Assembly (NCBI RefSeq): GCF_003790525.1
Contig: NZ_CP033635.1
Strand: one strand, 5' to 3'
Origin: Escherichia coli
GTDB taxonomy: Bacteria > Pseudomonadota > Gammaproteobacteria > Enterobacterales > Enterobacteriaceae
Length of the DNA stretch: 64,000 nucleotides
The notes beneath the pieces are model-generated. The model was not told where the DNA came from, did no database searches, and was given only the letters and a program-made list of their open reading frames with translations. The translations under genes and the position numbers were made by a program. Below, piece after piece: positions 34,433 to 44,317 of this stretch; the stretch's first letter is position 1; each line of letters begins with the position of its first letter.

Positions 34433-36886
34433 TTAAAAATCAGCCTGATTCGGGATCAGTTTTTGTATAGTGGCTGTTACGTATTTTGCCTGGTGAAGAG
34501 CGTCATCCAGAGCATTATGGCGCACGCCTTCGAATGGAATTACGCTTCTGGCATTGAAGTCTGTGATTTTCCCCATCTCAACGATTGTGCGTACATCACG
34601 ATCGTTGCTGTAATGCCACGGACAGGGGATGTCCAGACGTTCGTATGAGGTGCGCAAAATTGCGTTATCGAACGTTGCGCCATTACCCCACACCTGAACG
34701 AATTTTTCATCAGAGTGTTCATTGACGAATTCCCGAAAACGCAAAAGGGCATCTTTCATTTTTACCTGGTCAGTTAAAATGGCAGCTCTGGCTTCGCTGG
34801 ACTGCTTCAGCCACCATTCGATGGTGCCACCATCAGGAACAGCCCCTGTATTCATTGCGTCAGTCAGGCTGATAACGATATAAAATACCGGCCCGATTTC
34901 CCCTGTTTCCGGGTCGAAGAAAACCGCACCAATAACTACTATGGGTGCATTGGTGTTGGCTCCCATTGTTTCAAGGTCGACTGACAGGTGATTCCATACT
35001 CTGCTGGTGGATGTGATTTCACGATGACCGTTCATCTTAATTAAGGAATTTTCTGTTTCGCCAGTTTTATTATCGCTGGCGTGGCCCTGAGCGCCGCCAG
35101 TGTTCTCCTTGTGCGGATGCTCAGTGCCTTCCGTTTCCTCCGGATTTTTTTCCTGAGATTCAGCCTGATTTTCTCCATTGAATGTTTCCTGGTATGTTGC
35201 GTCACCCATTACTGAGCCACAATCAGGGCAGTTGCCGCCGCTGGTCTGACCGCAGGCGGTGCAGACTTTTTCCGGTTCCTGTTGCGCTACTGGCTCAGGT
35301 TGTTTCGTTTCTGGCTCGTTTTGTAACGCATTTTGGCTGTTTTGTTCCGCTTTCTGGTCGTTCTGTTCCGTTTCTTGCTGGTTCTGGTTCACTGAATCGC
35401 GAGTCTGGACTCCCTTAACCCATTTCAGATCATTCGGGTCGCTAATCCCTTCAACGAACTCACCACGCGAGGCCGCCAGTAATTTGTCTGCATCGACAGG
35501 ATTTTTGGGCGGAATGTTTTTCCTAGCTTCATGGAGTTCTGCCCGCAGTTTCTGATATTTCGCATCAACAGAATTCACCTGCGGCTGAGCATCCAGCGGC
35601 TGCGTGTCCGGATGATGTTCAGTTGTATCCGGTTCCACTGTTTCAGTCGTTGGCTGTTCATCTGCCATTGCGCCAGACGGTTGCGGTTTTTCTTCATCAT
35701 CCTGTTTTCCTTCTTCTGTTACACGCTGCGGCATTGGGGCAGAGGAACGACCGCAGGCAATATCCACGATTTCCGGATCAGGGTTGGCATGATCGGTTTC
35801 GGTCAGCACTTTATTCAGGTATTCGGTGACGCGCTGGGGCATAGCCTCTATACCAACCGGTGCTTCTTTCACGGAGGCAACCACGATGGCGCGGGAATAA
35901 TCCATCCCGCCTGGCATGTTCAGAAAAGCCTTAAGGAAGACGGAGAAACAGGGATCATTTTCTGCGATAATTTCGTTAACACGTCTGGTATGTGAAGGAT
36001 GCATGTTGTAAATATCCACATCCATCGAACGAGCCAGTTTTCCTGTAGCAACATCGAATGCCATTGACGCATTATCATGCACAAAACCTTCGCCGCGATC
36101 GGTAAGGATACCGCCGCCAGCGTTAGCGCCGGATGGTGTGCGACTGATGCGAGAAACACGATTTCCTTTCATCCACTCTTTTGTAAGCAGACCACGATCA
36201 GTGTAGTCAGCGTCCAGGTATGCTTCGATGAAGGAGGTCATCAGTCCCAGGTCTGAATTTACGGGGGCGGGAAAAACTTTGTCAGTGTCCCGCACCAGTT
36301 TGTACAAATCCCGAATCTCCAGCGGTTCGAGTTGCGCTGCTTTATTTGAGATGGCCAGCGCGGTAACGGCGGGAAGTTTTTCTTCCTGTGCGTTATGTAA
36401 TGAGCGCAGTTCATCCCGCGAAACGTGCGTTACTGGTTTTTCGCCGCCGTGTTGCGCCAGCCAGCGAACAGGCAGAATCTGACCTGAAACCGGCAGAAGC
36501 ATATTCTCCTCAATCTCAGTCATGTCTTCGCCATTAACATTGGTGTTGTCAGTGCTGGCTGGTTTGTCCTGCGCGGATGGCGGGGGCGCGATAAATATCA
36601 TTGTGATGCCATCTTCGCCGCCTTTTTCATACCGGTTACAGAATTCGGTATCAAACACGCCTTCCGGTGGAAGGTCATCAACAACGGGCAAATGGACGCG
36701 AACAGGTTTTTTAAAGTCGTCTTCATCATAATCGTTATCATCCATTGCGGTAATACAGCGGGAGATGGCAACAGATAATTTTTTTGCTGTAGTCCAGTAA
36801 AAACCACCTTTAATCCCAAGGCGTTTTCTGACTTTGTCATTTTTAGCTTCGCAATATAGCGCAAAAGTTTCTTTATCAGTGCTCAT
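34433..36886 (-). CDS. phage exonuclease family protein with C-terminal DEDDh (DnaQ-like) 3'-5' exonuclease domain
   Basis: 817 aa; C-terminus [23 protein letters not shown]...[13 protein letters not shown]...HNALDDA; central zinc-ribbon [16 protein letters not shown]. Confidence 0.75.
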   Translation of the reverse strand: MSTDKETFALYCEAKNDKVRKRLGIKGGFYWTTAKKLSVAISRCITAMDDNDYDEDDFKKPVRVHLPVVDDLPPEGVFDTEFCNRYEKGGEDGITMIFIAPPPSAQDKPASTDNTNVNGEDMTEIEENMLLPVSGQILPVRWLAQHGGEKPVTHVSRDELRSLHNAQEEKLPAVTALAISNKAAQLEPLEIRDLYKLVRDTDKVFPAPVNSDLGLMTSFIEAYLDADYTDRGLLTKEWMKGNRVSRISRTPSGANAGGGILTDRGEGFVHDNASMAFDVATGKLARSMDVDIYNMHPSHTRRVNEIIAENDPCFSVFLKAFLNMPGGMDYSRAIVVASVKEAPVGIEAMPQRVTEYLNKVLTETDHANPDPEIVDIACGRSSAPMPQRVTEEGKQDDEEKPQPSGAMADEQPTTETVEPDTTEHHPDTQPLDAQPQVNSVDAKYQKLRAELHEARKNIPPKNPVDADKLLAASRGEFVEGISDPNDLKWVKGVQTRDSVNQNQQETEQNDQKAEQNSQNALQNEPETKQPEPVAQQEPEKVCTACGQTSGGNCPDCGSVMGDATYQETFNGENQAESQEKNPEETEGTEHPHKENTGGAQGHASDNKTGETENSLIKMNGHREITSTSRVWNHLSVDLETMGANTNAPIVVIGAVFFDPETGEIGPVFYIVISLTDAMNTGAVPDGGTIEWWLKQSSEARAAILTDQVKMKDALLRFREFVNEHSDEKFVQVWGNGATFDNAILRTSYERLDIPCPWHYSNDRDVRTIVEMGKITDFNARSVIPFEGVRHNALDDALHQAKYVTATIQKLIPNQADF

Positions 36887-37005
36887 TGATAAACCTCATT
36901 GCTGTTTTAAGGTTGTGCGAATCCCTGCCATTGCTGGCATATGAGAATCGACCCTTATGTATTTATTAAGCTGAATGTCGTATTGGGTCAGTTATTTATT
37001 ACAGC

Positions 37006-37227
37006 TCACCATGCCTCCGCCTTTACAGGTAAACCATCACGACCGAGGAAGACTTTAATCATGCGGTCAGTAATGCATGTTTTTGTAGTGAAATCACGGA
37101 TATAAAGTTTTTGCTTTTCGATATTGTTTGCCGATGCAACATATGTCCGGCCTTCGTAAATAACGTAATCGCCGGGAGTGACGCACTGGCGTGGTATTTC
37201 ATCGGTTCCGAAGTGATGAGCAATCAT
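37006..37227 (-). CDS. hypothetical phage protein
   Basis: 73 aa ORF with strong RBS aaggag 7 nt upstream of ATG. Confidence 0.55.
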   Translation of the reverse strand: MIAHHFGTDEIPRQCVTPGDYVIYEGRTYVASANNIEKQKLYIRDFTTKTCITDRMIKVFLGRDGLPVKAEAW

Positions 37228-37272
37228 AATAATCTCCTTAATAATTTGTGATATGAAGGAAATTCCAGAAAA

Positions 37273-37818
37273 CTATTTAATACTCAGCAACTGCTCGACG
37301 GTCATATTTTTAATTGCGCCCCGGTTTATGAGAGTCCATCCCTGCTTTTCCAGATAAAAACGGAAAGTATCCAGAGTACAGACCAGTGCGCCATCAGGAA
37401 CGGTTTCGGTGAATTTGATGTAGCCGTGTTCGTCGAAGCGGATAACCAGGGTGTGGTCATCACCCGGGATTATTTTGTCAGCGGGTGTGGTGTTATTCCG
37501 GCGCAGTTCTTCCTCCATGCGGTCGAACTCGGCAATGTAGGCTTCCTTGAATGCAGCGGCTTTTTTGCCGGTGAAGCCCATCACCAGGAAAACGAAGCCG
37601 TTTTTGGTGATTTGGTAGGCATTGTAGGTATTGCCACGGTGCTCGAATTTAACCCGCGAAAAGTTGCTGGTTAAAAAGCGTTCAGAACATTCGAGGGCTT
37701 CTATTTTTTGAACAACATGGTGATGCTGCTTGCCGAAGAATTCTGCGATCGCAATAGACGTAGTGACAGCGCGACCATTTTCAATGGTTACGTCAGGGTG
37801 AGAAAGGGTAGTAGCCAT
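37273..37818 (-). CDS. Rha-family phage regulatory protein (antirepressor-like)
   Basis: start placed at MATTLSHPD (RBS gagga); N-terminal Rha motif GRAVTTSIAIAEFFGKQHHHVVQKIE; frame stays open upstream to 38115. Confidence 0.7.
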   Translation of the reverse strand: MATTLSHPDVTIENGRAVTTSIAIAEFFGKQHHHVVQKIEALECSERFLTSNFSRVKFEHRGNTYNAYQITKNGFVFLVMGFTGKKAAAFKEAYIAEFDRMEEELRRNNTTPADKIIPGDDHTLVIRFDEHGYIKFTETVPDGALVCTLDTFRFYLEKQGWTLINRGAIKNMTVEQLLSIK

Positions 37819-38298
37819 GATGGCATCCTCAAGTGTTAAGTTAATTAACTCACCACCGAGGCTTTCCACGACCATAAGGGTGGCGAGACGTACAGGGGTG
37901 GAAATACCGGTCACTCGAGAACCCGGCCAGCCTTGCAGCTGCCCTGCACGCCCCACCATTATCTGAATGTGGCTGTGCTTAACGCATAAAAAAACCGCTT
38001 CGGCGCGGTTATGCGCTCGAGTAACTTTCGGGTTTCCACGCCCGGCACCCGTTTTATGAGGTGCAGGTGCACTATAATTCCACCCGTACTGGTTTTCAAT
38101 AGCTACATTCAACATTTTCTCTTACCTTTCATCACCGAAGTGAACTTTGTTGATGCGGTGCCAGGTGCCTCCAGGTGACGTTAACCAGTTAACAATTAAC
38201 GCCGGATACAGAGAATCCACCCATAACACTGTTTTTGGTTTTAACTGTTCCGCGTGCGCTGAGCCGCATTCACCACATCACAAAATTCACTTTAAAAA

Positions 38299-38349
38299 GG
38301 GCGGCAGAGCAGTCACGGAGTAAAACTGATACCGCCACGTCACCAGAAA
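38299..38349 (-). ncRNA. dicF: DicF-like small RNA
   Basis: minus strand reads tttctggtgacgtggcggtatcagttttactccgtgactgctctgccgccc, near-identical to the remembered Qin DicF sequence (2-nt difference), followed by a T run. Confidence 0.6.
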
Positions 38350-38540
38350 ATTGATAACAGAGGGCGTTGCAGCGGGGTTGTCACTCAGGCGCATGGTCAA
38401 CCTGACAACCCGGTGTCCTCAAGGGGAAGGGAACCCCGCCATGCTTACCGCCGCGCGCTTTCGTGTTGTGTGCCTGCTTTTAACCACGTCAGGCGAGGTG
38501 GTATCCTCTGAGGGGTCTGTTACCCGAGAGGAAATTGGTT

Positions 38541-38741
38541 ATGAATACAATCAAGTTTTCTTGCCCAGAATGTGGTGGCGAAGTCTTCGACACATCCTTT
38601 AAGCCGCAGGGCTCTGACAGTTTCGCGGGAGCCATCTGCAAAAATTGTGGTCACCTTGTAACTGAAGATGAGTCCTCGCAATTCGATGAGGAAATCGTTG
38701 ACAATATCTTCGGTGTAATCACCGGAGCCTTTCTGAAGTAA
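38541..38741 (+). CDS. small zinc-ribbon protein
   Basis: 66 aa with two CxxC pairs (CPECGG ... CKNCGH) and acidic tail; RBS gagagg; an overlapping minus-strand ORF (38520..38876) is a competing call. Confidence 0.4.
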   Translation: MNTIKFSCPECGGEVFDTSFKPQGSDSFAGAICKNCGHLVTEDESSQFDEEIVDNIFGVITGAFLK

Positions 38742-39060
38742 AGGCACATACCGCTTAGTTACCGCTCTGATAATTCTTACCTGTCCGGCAATGGCGCTGA
38801 TGTCAATATAAAGCGCCATTGCTGCTTCTTTGCCGATCCCGGGATGCCTTCCATTCTGATGTTTGACTTCGCCCACTGAGAAATCCTCTGTTTCCCCTTA
38901 ACGCCGGGGTAGCGGAACAAAAACCTGCTGCATAGTTAAAGTTAAACCCTGCCGTCATGTTCATACGCCTCGGGCTGGCTACTTAACCCCTGACCACTGC
39001 CTGGTAACTCGAAGTATTGCCCTGCGTTCTGTGGGGCGGGGTGGGTTGGTATGAAAGAAA

Positions 39061-39100
39061 GGATACCCATGGGTATCCAAAAAGTAAATACCCATGGGTA
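39061..39100. promoter_or_regulatory. operator palindromes downstream of the repressor gene (OL-like)
   Basis: perfect 18-bp palindrome GGATACCCATGGGTATCC and a second TACCCATGGGTA 11 bp away. Confidence 0.6.
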
Positions 39101-39144
39101 ATTTTTTTTGATGTATCTTAACTGGTGACTGGTTGTTTGGTGAG

Positions 39145-39564
39145 TTATGATGCGTTTTGTGCTTTCTTTTTACGGATTTCTTCGTAGATCATATTGTAAT
39201 ACTGTTTTTTCTCTTCAAGAGTTTTTAATAAGTTATCCGCTTCACTTTCAGGCAGTTCGTCTAAGAGATCTAAAAAAATACGTTGTCGTGGCGTTAGAAC
39301 CCTTGTTTCATAATTGGAGGCTGTGTTCGTTGATGATGAAACGATACCATCCATCCATCCCCGGGGTAACCCAAAGGACTCTTCTATAATCTCCACCATA
39401 TCATCAGCGATCCGTTTTTTTCCTTTTTTCCCCTCTGGGTACAACATTCTTGATACATAAGAAGGCTCGCGACCGATCTTTCTGGCCACGTTAACCGCTT
39501 TACCATCGCATTTCTCATCACGAATTTTGATGAGTTGTTGTCGTCTAAATTCATATTTGTCCAT
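39145..39564 (-). CDS. prophage repressor (HTH, RacR/DicA-like position)
   Basis: start at MDKYEFRRQQL (listed ORF starts further upstream at a TTG inside the operator region); divergent from the cro-like gene. Confidence 0.7.
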   Translation of the reverse strand: MDKYEFRRQQLIKIRDEKCDGKAVNVARKIGREPSYVSRMLYPEGKKGKKRIADDMVEIIEESFGLPRGWMDGIVSSSTNTASNYETRVLTPRQRIFLDLLDELPESEADNLLKTLEEKKQYYNMIYEEIRKKKAQNAS

Positions 39565-39583
39565 AGGTAAATAATAGATGCGA

Positions 39584-39638
39584 TTACCGCAAGGTAAACA
39601 ACCCAAGGGTATTGACTTTTGTTTACCTGTGGGTATTC
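39584..39638. promoter_or_regulatory. divergent promoter/operator region between repressor and cro-like gene
   Basis: three related palindromic sites TTACCgcaaGGTAA, ACCCaaGGGT, TACCtgtgGGTA sharing half-sites with the sites at 39061-39100. Confidence 0.55.
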
Positions 39639-39665
39639 TTTTGCTGTGTTTACTAAGGAGTAGCT

Positions 39666-39947
39666 ATGGAAGAATTAAGAATATTTCTCAATTCTCTTTC
39701 GTCAGATGAACAGCGTATGTTTGCATGTGAGTGTGGTACTAGCATCGGTTATCTAAGAAAGGCATTGAGTAAAGGTCAAATGTTAGGGGCATCGTTATGT
39801 GTCCTTATTGAGCGAGCCAGTAATGGTGAAGTTACACGTCAGCAACTAAGGCCTTTTGATTGGATGAATATTTGGCCCGAGCTGGAAGATACCAAAACGT
39901 TAACACAACCACTTACTAGGAGCTTGATTCATGAAAATCAAGCATGA
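39666..39947 (+). CDS. Cro-like transcriptional regulator (YdaS family)
   Basis: 93 aa, RBS aaggag, divergent from repressor, similar to Rac YdaS. Confidence 0.7.
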   Translation: MEELRIFLNSLSSDEQRMFACECGTSIGYLRKALSKGQMLGASLCVLIERASNGEVTRQQLRPFDWMNIWPELEDTKTLTQPLTRSLIHENQA

Positions 39948-40356
39948 ACACATCCGCATGGCGATGAATGCCTGGGCGCGTCCTGATGGCGAAAAAGTTC
40001 CGGCAGCTGAAATAACCCGGGCTTATTTTGAGCTGGGTATGACGTTCCCGGAACTGTATGACGACAGCCATCCCGAAGCCCTGGCCCGTAATACCCAGAA
40101 AATTTTCCGCTGGGTGGAGAAAGACACCCCTGATGCGGTTGTAAAAATTCAGGCGTTACTACCAGCGATCGAAAAGGCAATGCCGCCTTTGCTGGTGGCC
40201 AGAATGCGTAGCCACAGCTCAGCCTATTTCAGGGAGCTGCTGGAGACACGAGAACGGCTGGTGAGAGACGCTGATGATTTTATCGCAGTGGCAATCGCCG
40301 GTTTCAATCAGATGAATCGTGGTGGCCCGGCGGGTAATGCTGTGGTGATGCACTGA
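39931..40356 (+). CDS. YdaT-like regulatory protein (CII-like position)
   Basis: 141 aa ORF overlapping the cro-like stop; arrangement as in Rac ydaS-ydaT. Confidence 0.6.
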   Translation: MKIKHEHIRMAMNAWARPDGEKVPAAEITRAYFELGMTFPELYDDSHPEALARNTQKIFRWVEKDTPDAVVKIQALLPAIEKAMPPLLVARMRSHSSAYFRELLETRERLVRDADDFIAVAIAGFNQMNRGGPAGNAVVMH

Positions 40357-40426
40357 CTGGCAATAGTTATACCGGATCGCTTTCGGTAGTACGTGATTAA
40401 GGAATTCGGTATCAGAAGAGGCAATT

Positions 40427-41437
40427 ATGGCCGCATTACCATACATGCAACTGTACATCGCTGATTACCTGGCTGACACCATGCATTTATCAGCAGAGGA
40501 GCACGGTGCGTATTTGTTGCTGATGTTCAATTACTGGCAAACAGGAAAGCCAATACCTAAAAACAGGCTGGCAAAAATTGCCCGTCTGACTAATGAGCGA
40601 TGGGCTGATGTGGAGCCATCCTTGCGGGAGTTTTTTCACGATAACGGCGATGAATGGGTGCATCTTCGGATTGAGGAAGATCTGGCATCAGTCAGGGAAA
40701 AATTAACCAAAAAATCAGCCGCCGGAAAAGCATCTGTTCAGGCCAGAAGAAGCAGAAAGGAAGCAGATGTTCAAACAAAACAAGAGAGAGATTTAACAGG
40801 TGTTCAAACAAATGTTGGTGTGGTGTTTGAACATAACGCAAACACAAAGGCAACTAATAAAGATACAGATAAAGAATTAAACCCCACACATAACGCGCGC
40901 GTGCGCGAGAGTGCTCCGACCAGTGAACCGAACGGTACGCCGTTGCAGGTGGCGGAACCTGAATTTCCGGATGGCCTGAGTGAACCCATCGGGAAATTTC
41001 CGATGGCCGATGGCTGGCATCCGTCGCTGGATTTTCGACGACGGGCTGCGTTGTGGGGAGCAGCTTTGCCGGAACCGGAATTTACACCTGCTGAACTTGC
41101 CGCCTTCCGGGATTACTGGATGGCGGAGGGGAAAGTGTTCACACAGGTTCAGTGGGAGCAGAAATTCGCCCGTCACGTAAATCACGTCAGGGCGCAGGTT
41201 AAACCAGTCAGCAAGGGGGTGAACCATGCAGCAGCACCAGGTGGCACCGCATCACGGGCAGTTCAGGAAATTCGGGCAGCACGTGAGCAGTGGGAACGTG
41301 AAAACGGATTTTTCAGCGACGGAAACAGCCTGGAAGCTGTGGGAACTCATGGGGGAGGTTTATTCGGACCGCTGGACCCGGAAGAACGGGACCGCACCTT
41401 CGAAGCTCTGGATTGCACAGATTGGTGCGATGACTGA
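40427..41437 (+). CDS. replication initiation-associated protein (YdaU/DUF1376-like N-terminus)
   Basis: 336 aa; N-terminus MAALPYMQLYIADYLADTMHLSAEEHGAYLLLMFNYWQTGKP typical of DUF1376. Confidence 0.65.
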   Translation: MAALPYMQLYIADYLADTMHLSAEEHGAYLLLMFNYWQTGKPIPKNRLAKIARLTNERWADVEPSLREFFHDNGDEWVHLRIEEDLASVREKLTKKSAAGKASVQARRSRKEADVQTKQERDLTGVQTNVGVVFEHNANTKATNKDTDKELNPTHNARVRESAPTSEPNGTPLQVAEPEFPDGLSEPIGKFPMADGWHPSLDFRRRAALWGAALPEPEFTPAELAAFRDYWMAEGKVFTQVQWEQKFARHVNHVRAQVKPVSKGVNHAAAPGGTASRAVQEIRAAREQWERENGFFSDGNSLEAVGTHGGGLFGPLDPEERDRTFEALDCTDWCDD

Positions 41438-41891
41438 GCAGCAAATCCGGCAGGTCTGCCGCCAGTGCATGGACCGCTGCCGGGCGGGTGAAACATGGCC
41501 TCCTGACCTGGCTGAGTTTGTGGCGCTGATTTCTGAAAGCGGAGCCAATCCATTCGGTCTGACGTTGGATGCCGTGATGGAGGAGTACCGTCGCTGGCGC
41601 AACGAGTCCTGGCGATACGACGGGAGCGATAAATACCCGTGGTCTCAGCCTGTGCTGTATCACATATGCCTCGAGATGCGTTCAAAGGGGATTGAGCGGC
41701 AGATGACCGAAGGGGAGTTAAAACGGCTTGCAGAACGGCAACTGACGAAATGGTCAAAGCATGTTGGTATGGGCCTCAGCGTTCCGCCAGTCCGGCGACA
41801 ACTGGCGGCCCCCAAACGCCCGTCGGGACCAACGCCAATTGAGTTGCTGAAACAGGAGTATGAACGCCGGAAAGCGGCTGGTTTTGTCTGA
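41430..41891 (+). CDS. replication protein P-like (helicase loader-like)
   Basis: ATGA start/stop overlap with upstream gene; alternative in-frame starts at 41226 and 41349 would overlap the upstream gene. Confidence 0.5.
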   Translation: MTEQQIRQVCRQCMDRCRAGETWPPDLAEFVALISESGANPFGLTLDAVMEEYRRWRNESWRYDGSDKYPWSQPVLYHICLEMRSKGIERQMTEGELKRLAERQLTKWSKHVGMGLSVPPVRRQLAAPKRPSGPTPIELLKQEYERRKAAGFV

Positions 41892-41923
41892 GTTGAGAAG
41901 TAATTTTTACCGGGAGGAAATTT

Positions 41924-42688
41924 ATGGAGACTGTTTTTGACGCACTGAAAGCGATGGGAAAAGCCACATCGGTAGAACTGGCTACGCGACTTGATATCAG
42001 TCGTGAAGAAGTGCTGAACGAGCTGTGGGAACTCAAAAGAAATGGCGTCGTTGATAAAACTGGTCACACCTGGTTTCTGGCTGGCGAAGGTGAATCCCGG
42101 GTAACCGAAGAGCGACCAGAAAAATCTGAAGCACAGGATATGCTGACCGGGGAGGTTGAACAAAAAGTTACCGCAGACATGATGATTGAGTTTATCAGTC
42201 AGGAGGGGGCTAAAACGTGTGAGGAACTGGCGGGTAAGTTCGGTGTCAGCACTCGCAAGGTTGCTTCCACACTGGCGGTAGTAACCGCAACGGGGCGGCT
42301 GGCACGCGTTAATCGGAACGGTAAATTTCGTTACTGCATGCCGGGCGGTAATTTACCAGCAGAGCCGAAAGCGGCATCGGTAGCGGAAACTGATGGTAAA
42401 GCCTTTCCTCAGCCTGCATGTGTTGCGTTACCAGTACAGGAAGCTGCAACACAGGAAGATATTAAAACAGAAACTGTGGCGGACATTGTGCAGTCGCTGC
42501 CATCGTTCACCGAAACGCGAGCGGATGACCTGATTTTACCATCGCTGCATATGGCAAACCGCGAACTGCGTCGGGCGAAAAGTCATGTCCAGAAGTGGGA
42601 GCGAGTCTGCGCCGCGCTGCGGGAGCTGAATAAATATCGCGATATTGTCGCCCAGCTTTGCCAGGAGGAAACCAGTGAGCAACATTAA
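41924..42688 (+). CDS. hypothetical phage protein with two winged-helix-like segments
   Basis: 254 aa, RBS ggagga; two similar segments ([15 protein letters not shown] and [17 protein letters not shown]). Confidence 0.6.
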   Translation: METVFDALKAMGKATSVELATRLDISREEVLNELWELKRNGVVDKTGHTWFLAGEGESRVTEERPEKSEAQDMLTGEVEQKVTADMMIEFISQEGAKTCEELAGKFGVSTRKVASTLAVVTATGRLARVNRNGKFRYCMPGGNLPAEPKAASVAETDGKAFPQPACVALPVQEAATQEDIKTETVADIVQSLPSFTETRADDLILPSLHMANRELRRAKSHVQKWERVCAALRELNKYRDIVAQLCQEETSEQH

Positions 42689-43244
42689 TTACCAGGCACT
42701 GCGAATGGCGGCAGAAAATGCAACCCCTGGCGAATGGTGTTCTGATGATTACTATGGGGTAATTGCTGATGCCGGACTGAACGCAAATTACTACATAGCA
42801 TCATGCTCAGGACCAGATAATCGCGCTAATAAGCGATTCATAGCAGCAGCCAATCCGGCTACCGTGCTGGCAGTGCTTGATGAACGGGAAGCCCAAAACA
42901 AACGCATTGCTGAACTGGAAATTAATCTTGCTGCACTTGCGGCGGAGAATGCGGGGCTGAAACACGCAATGGCCGTAACTCTTGAGCATGTGTCGGTCAC
43001 GGATGCAGGGCAGGCCGGAGTTGCTGCGATGATTATTAATGATGCCCTGCACCACAGCGAAACGCCAGCTACCGACGCTTTCCTGGCGGAAGTGCGGGCG
43101 CAGGGGGTGGATATGGCTCGTAACGCGATGATTGATTTTGTTGATGGTGAAGTTGGGCCAAACAAGAACGTTCCGGGGCTGATTAGAGGCGCAGAGATAT
43201 GCGTAAGTATTGCTGAACAGCTTCGCAAAGGAGGCAACCAGTGA
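42675..43244 (+). CDS. Ea22/ead-like protein, paralog 1
   Basis: GTG start after RBS aggagga; N-terminus [13 protein letters not shown]; coiled-coil segment [11 protein letters not shown]. Confidence 0.65.
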   Translation: MSNINYQALRMAAENATPGEWCSDDYYGVIADAGLNANYYIASCSGPDNRANKRFIAAANPATVLAVLDEREAQNKRIAELEINLAALAAENAGLKHAMAVTLEHVSVTDAGQAGVAAMIINDALHHSETPATDAFLAEVRAQGVDMARNAMIDFVDGEVGPNKNVPGLIRGAEICVSIAEQLRKGGNQ

Positions 43245-43870
43245 GCGAAATTAATTACCAGGCACTGCGTGAGGCGGCGGAACGTGCAATTCCAGCAATG
43301 GAACGCCTGTTAATGTTGCCAGCTGATGATGATTTGTTAAGTGAACAGGAACTTAAAGATTACGGTGTGGATATTGATGCGCTCAACGCCTTCAAATTTC
43401 TGACCGGACCAGAAACCGTGCTGGCGCTGCTGGATGAACGGGAAAGAAACCAGCAATACATAAAACGCCGTGACCAGGAGAACGAGGATATTGCGCTAAC
43501 GGTAGGGAAGCTGCGCGTTGAGCTGGAAGCCGCAGAGAAGCGCATTGCAGAGCTGGAGGGTAATTTCACGGTGCTGGCAGTGGAGAATGCCTCAATGAAG
43601 CTGTTTATCAGGGGTTGTTGCTACGTGTTTGATGGTCAGCAGGATGAAATATCTGATGCGTATATCTGCGCAACAGACGGAGGGATGCCGCAAACCTCGA
43701 CTACAGATGCTTTCCTGGCTGATGTACGGGCGGTGGCGTTTAACGAGCTTCGCGCGGCGTTTGTCAGGCACGCAAAAGTTGCAGGACTGGATGATGCCGA
43801 TACCGTAACGCTTAAGGAAGTGACAGAAGCATTGTTGCATTGTGCGGAACAGATTCGCGCGCCTGAATAA
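43241..43870 (+). CDS. Ea22/ead-like protein, paralog 2
   Basis: GTGA overlap with paralog 1; N-terminus [13 protein letters not shown]; coiled-coil EKRIAELE. Confidence 0.65.
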   Translation: MSEINYQALREAAERAIPAMERLLMLPADDDLLSEQELKDYGVDIDALNAFKFLTGPETVLALLDERERNQQYIKRRDQENEDIALTVGKLRVELEAAEKRIAELEGNFTVLAVENASMKLFIRGCCYVFDGQQDEISDAYICATDGGMPQTSTTDAFLADVRAVAFNELRAAFVRHAKVAGLDDADTVTLKEVTEALLHCAEQIRAPE

Positions 43871-43965
43871 TTAAATTTAGTGTTGTAAATAAAATTTAAT
43901 CCTTAACCGGAGGGATTTCTGCACCTTCAGAACAGCAGGAGGCCACCCGAAAGGGCGGTAGTGAA

Positions 43966-44148
43966 ATGCGAAAGTTCAAAATAATTATTGAAACTGGAAT
44001 AGCTGGTGGAGATTTTGAGGATGTATTCGAAGTGGACGATGACGCAACACCTGATGAAATTCATGACGAAGCAAAAGAAATTTTCTTTAACTACTGCAAT
44101 TACTCATATCACGAAATAAAAGACGAAGAGGAAGAACAAAATGGCTGA
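43966..44148 (+). CDS. small acidic phage protein
   Basis: 60 aa highly acidic ORF. Confidence 0.4.
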   Translation: MRKFKIIIETGIAGGDFEDVFEVDDDATPDEIHDEAKEIFFNYCNYSYHEIKDEEEEQNG

Positions 44149-44317
44149 TTTTGGTTCAACTAAATACAACGTCAGTTTTGAAGAATGGCATGAACTGTTA
44201 ATGGATTATGCAGAGTTACGTGGTGGAAGTGCTGCTGATGCTGAAGCCTGGCGTGATGACTACGAAGCAGGAAAAACTCCGGTCGAAGCATATTGTGATG
44301 AGTGGGGCGATGAATGA
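44141..44317 (+). CDS. small phage protein
   Basis: 58 aa ORF (MADFGSTKYNVSFEEWHELL...) found by manual translation, below the ORF-track cutoff; overlaps neighbours at both ends (ATGA at 3' end). Confidence 0.4.
   Translation: MADFGSTKYNVSFEEWHELLMDYAELRGGSAADAEAWRDDYEAGKTPVEAYCDEWGDE

Noticed and set aside
37819-38115. N-terminal 99-codon extension of the Rha ORF (start at 38115)
   Set aside because: Translation is not protein-like and the Rha domain begins right at the internal Met with its own RBS; kept as a flagged alternative because an open frame of this length is unusual
39565-39606. Upstream extension of the repressor ORF (TTG start, MGCLPCGNRIYYLP)
   Set aside because: Runs through the operator palindromes; ATG at 39564 gives a sensible N-terminus
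41313-42163. Cluster of minus-strand ORFs (80-167 aa) opposite the replication genes
   Set aside because: GC-rich antisense frames with Arg/Pro/Ser-rich translations; overlap each other and the plus-strand genes
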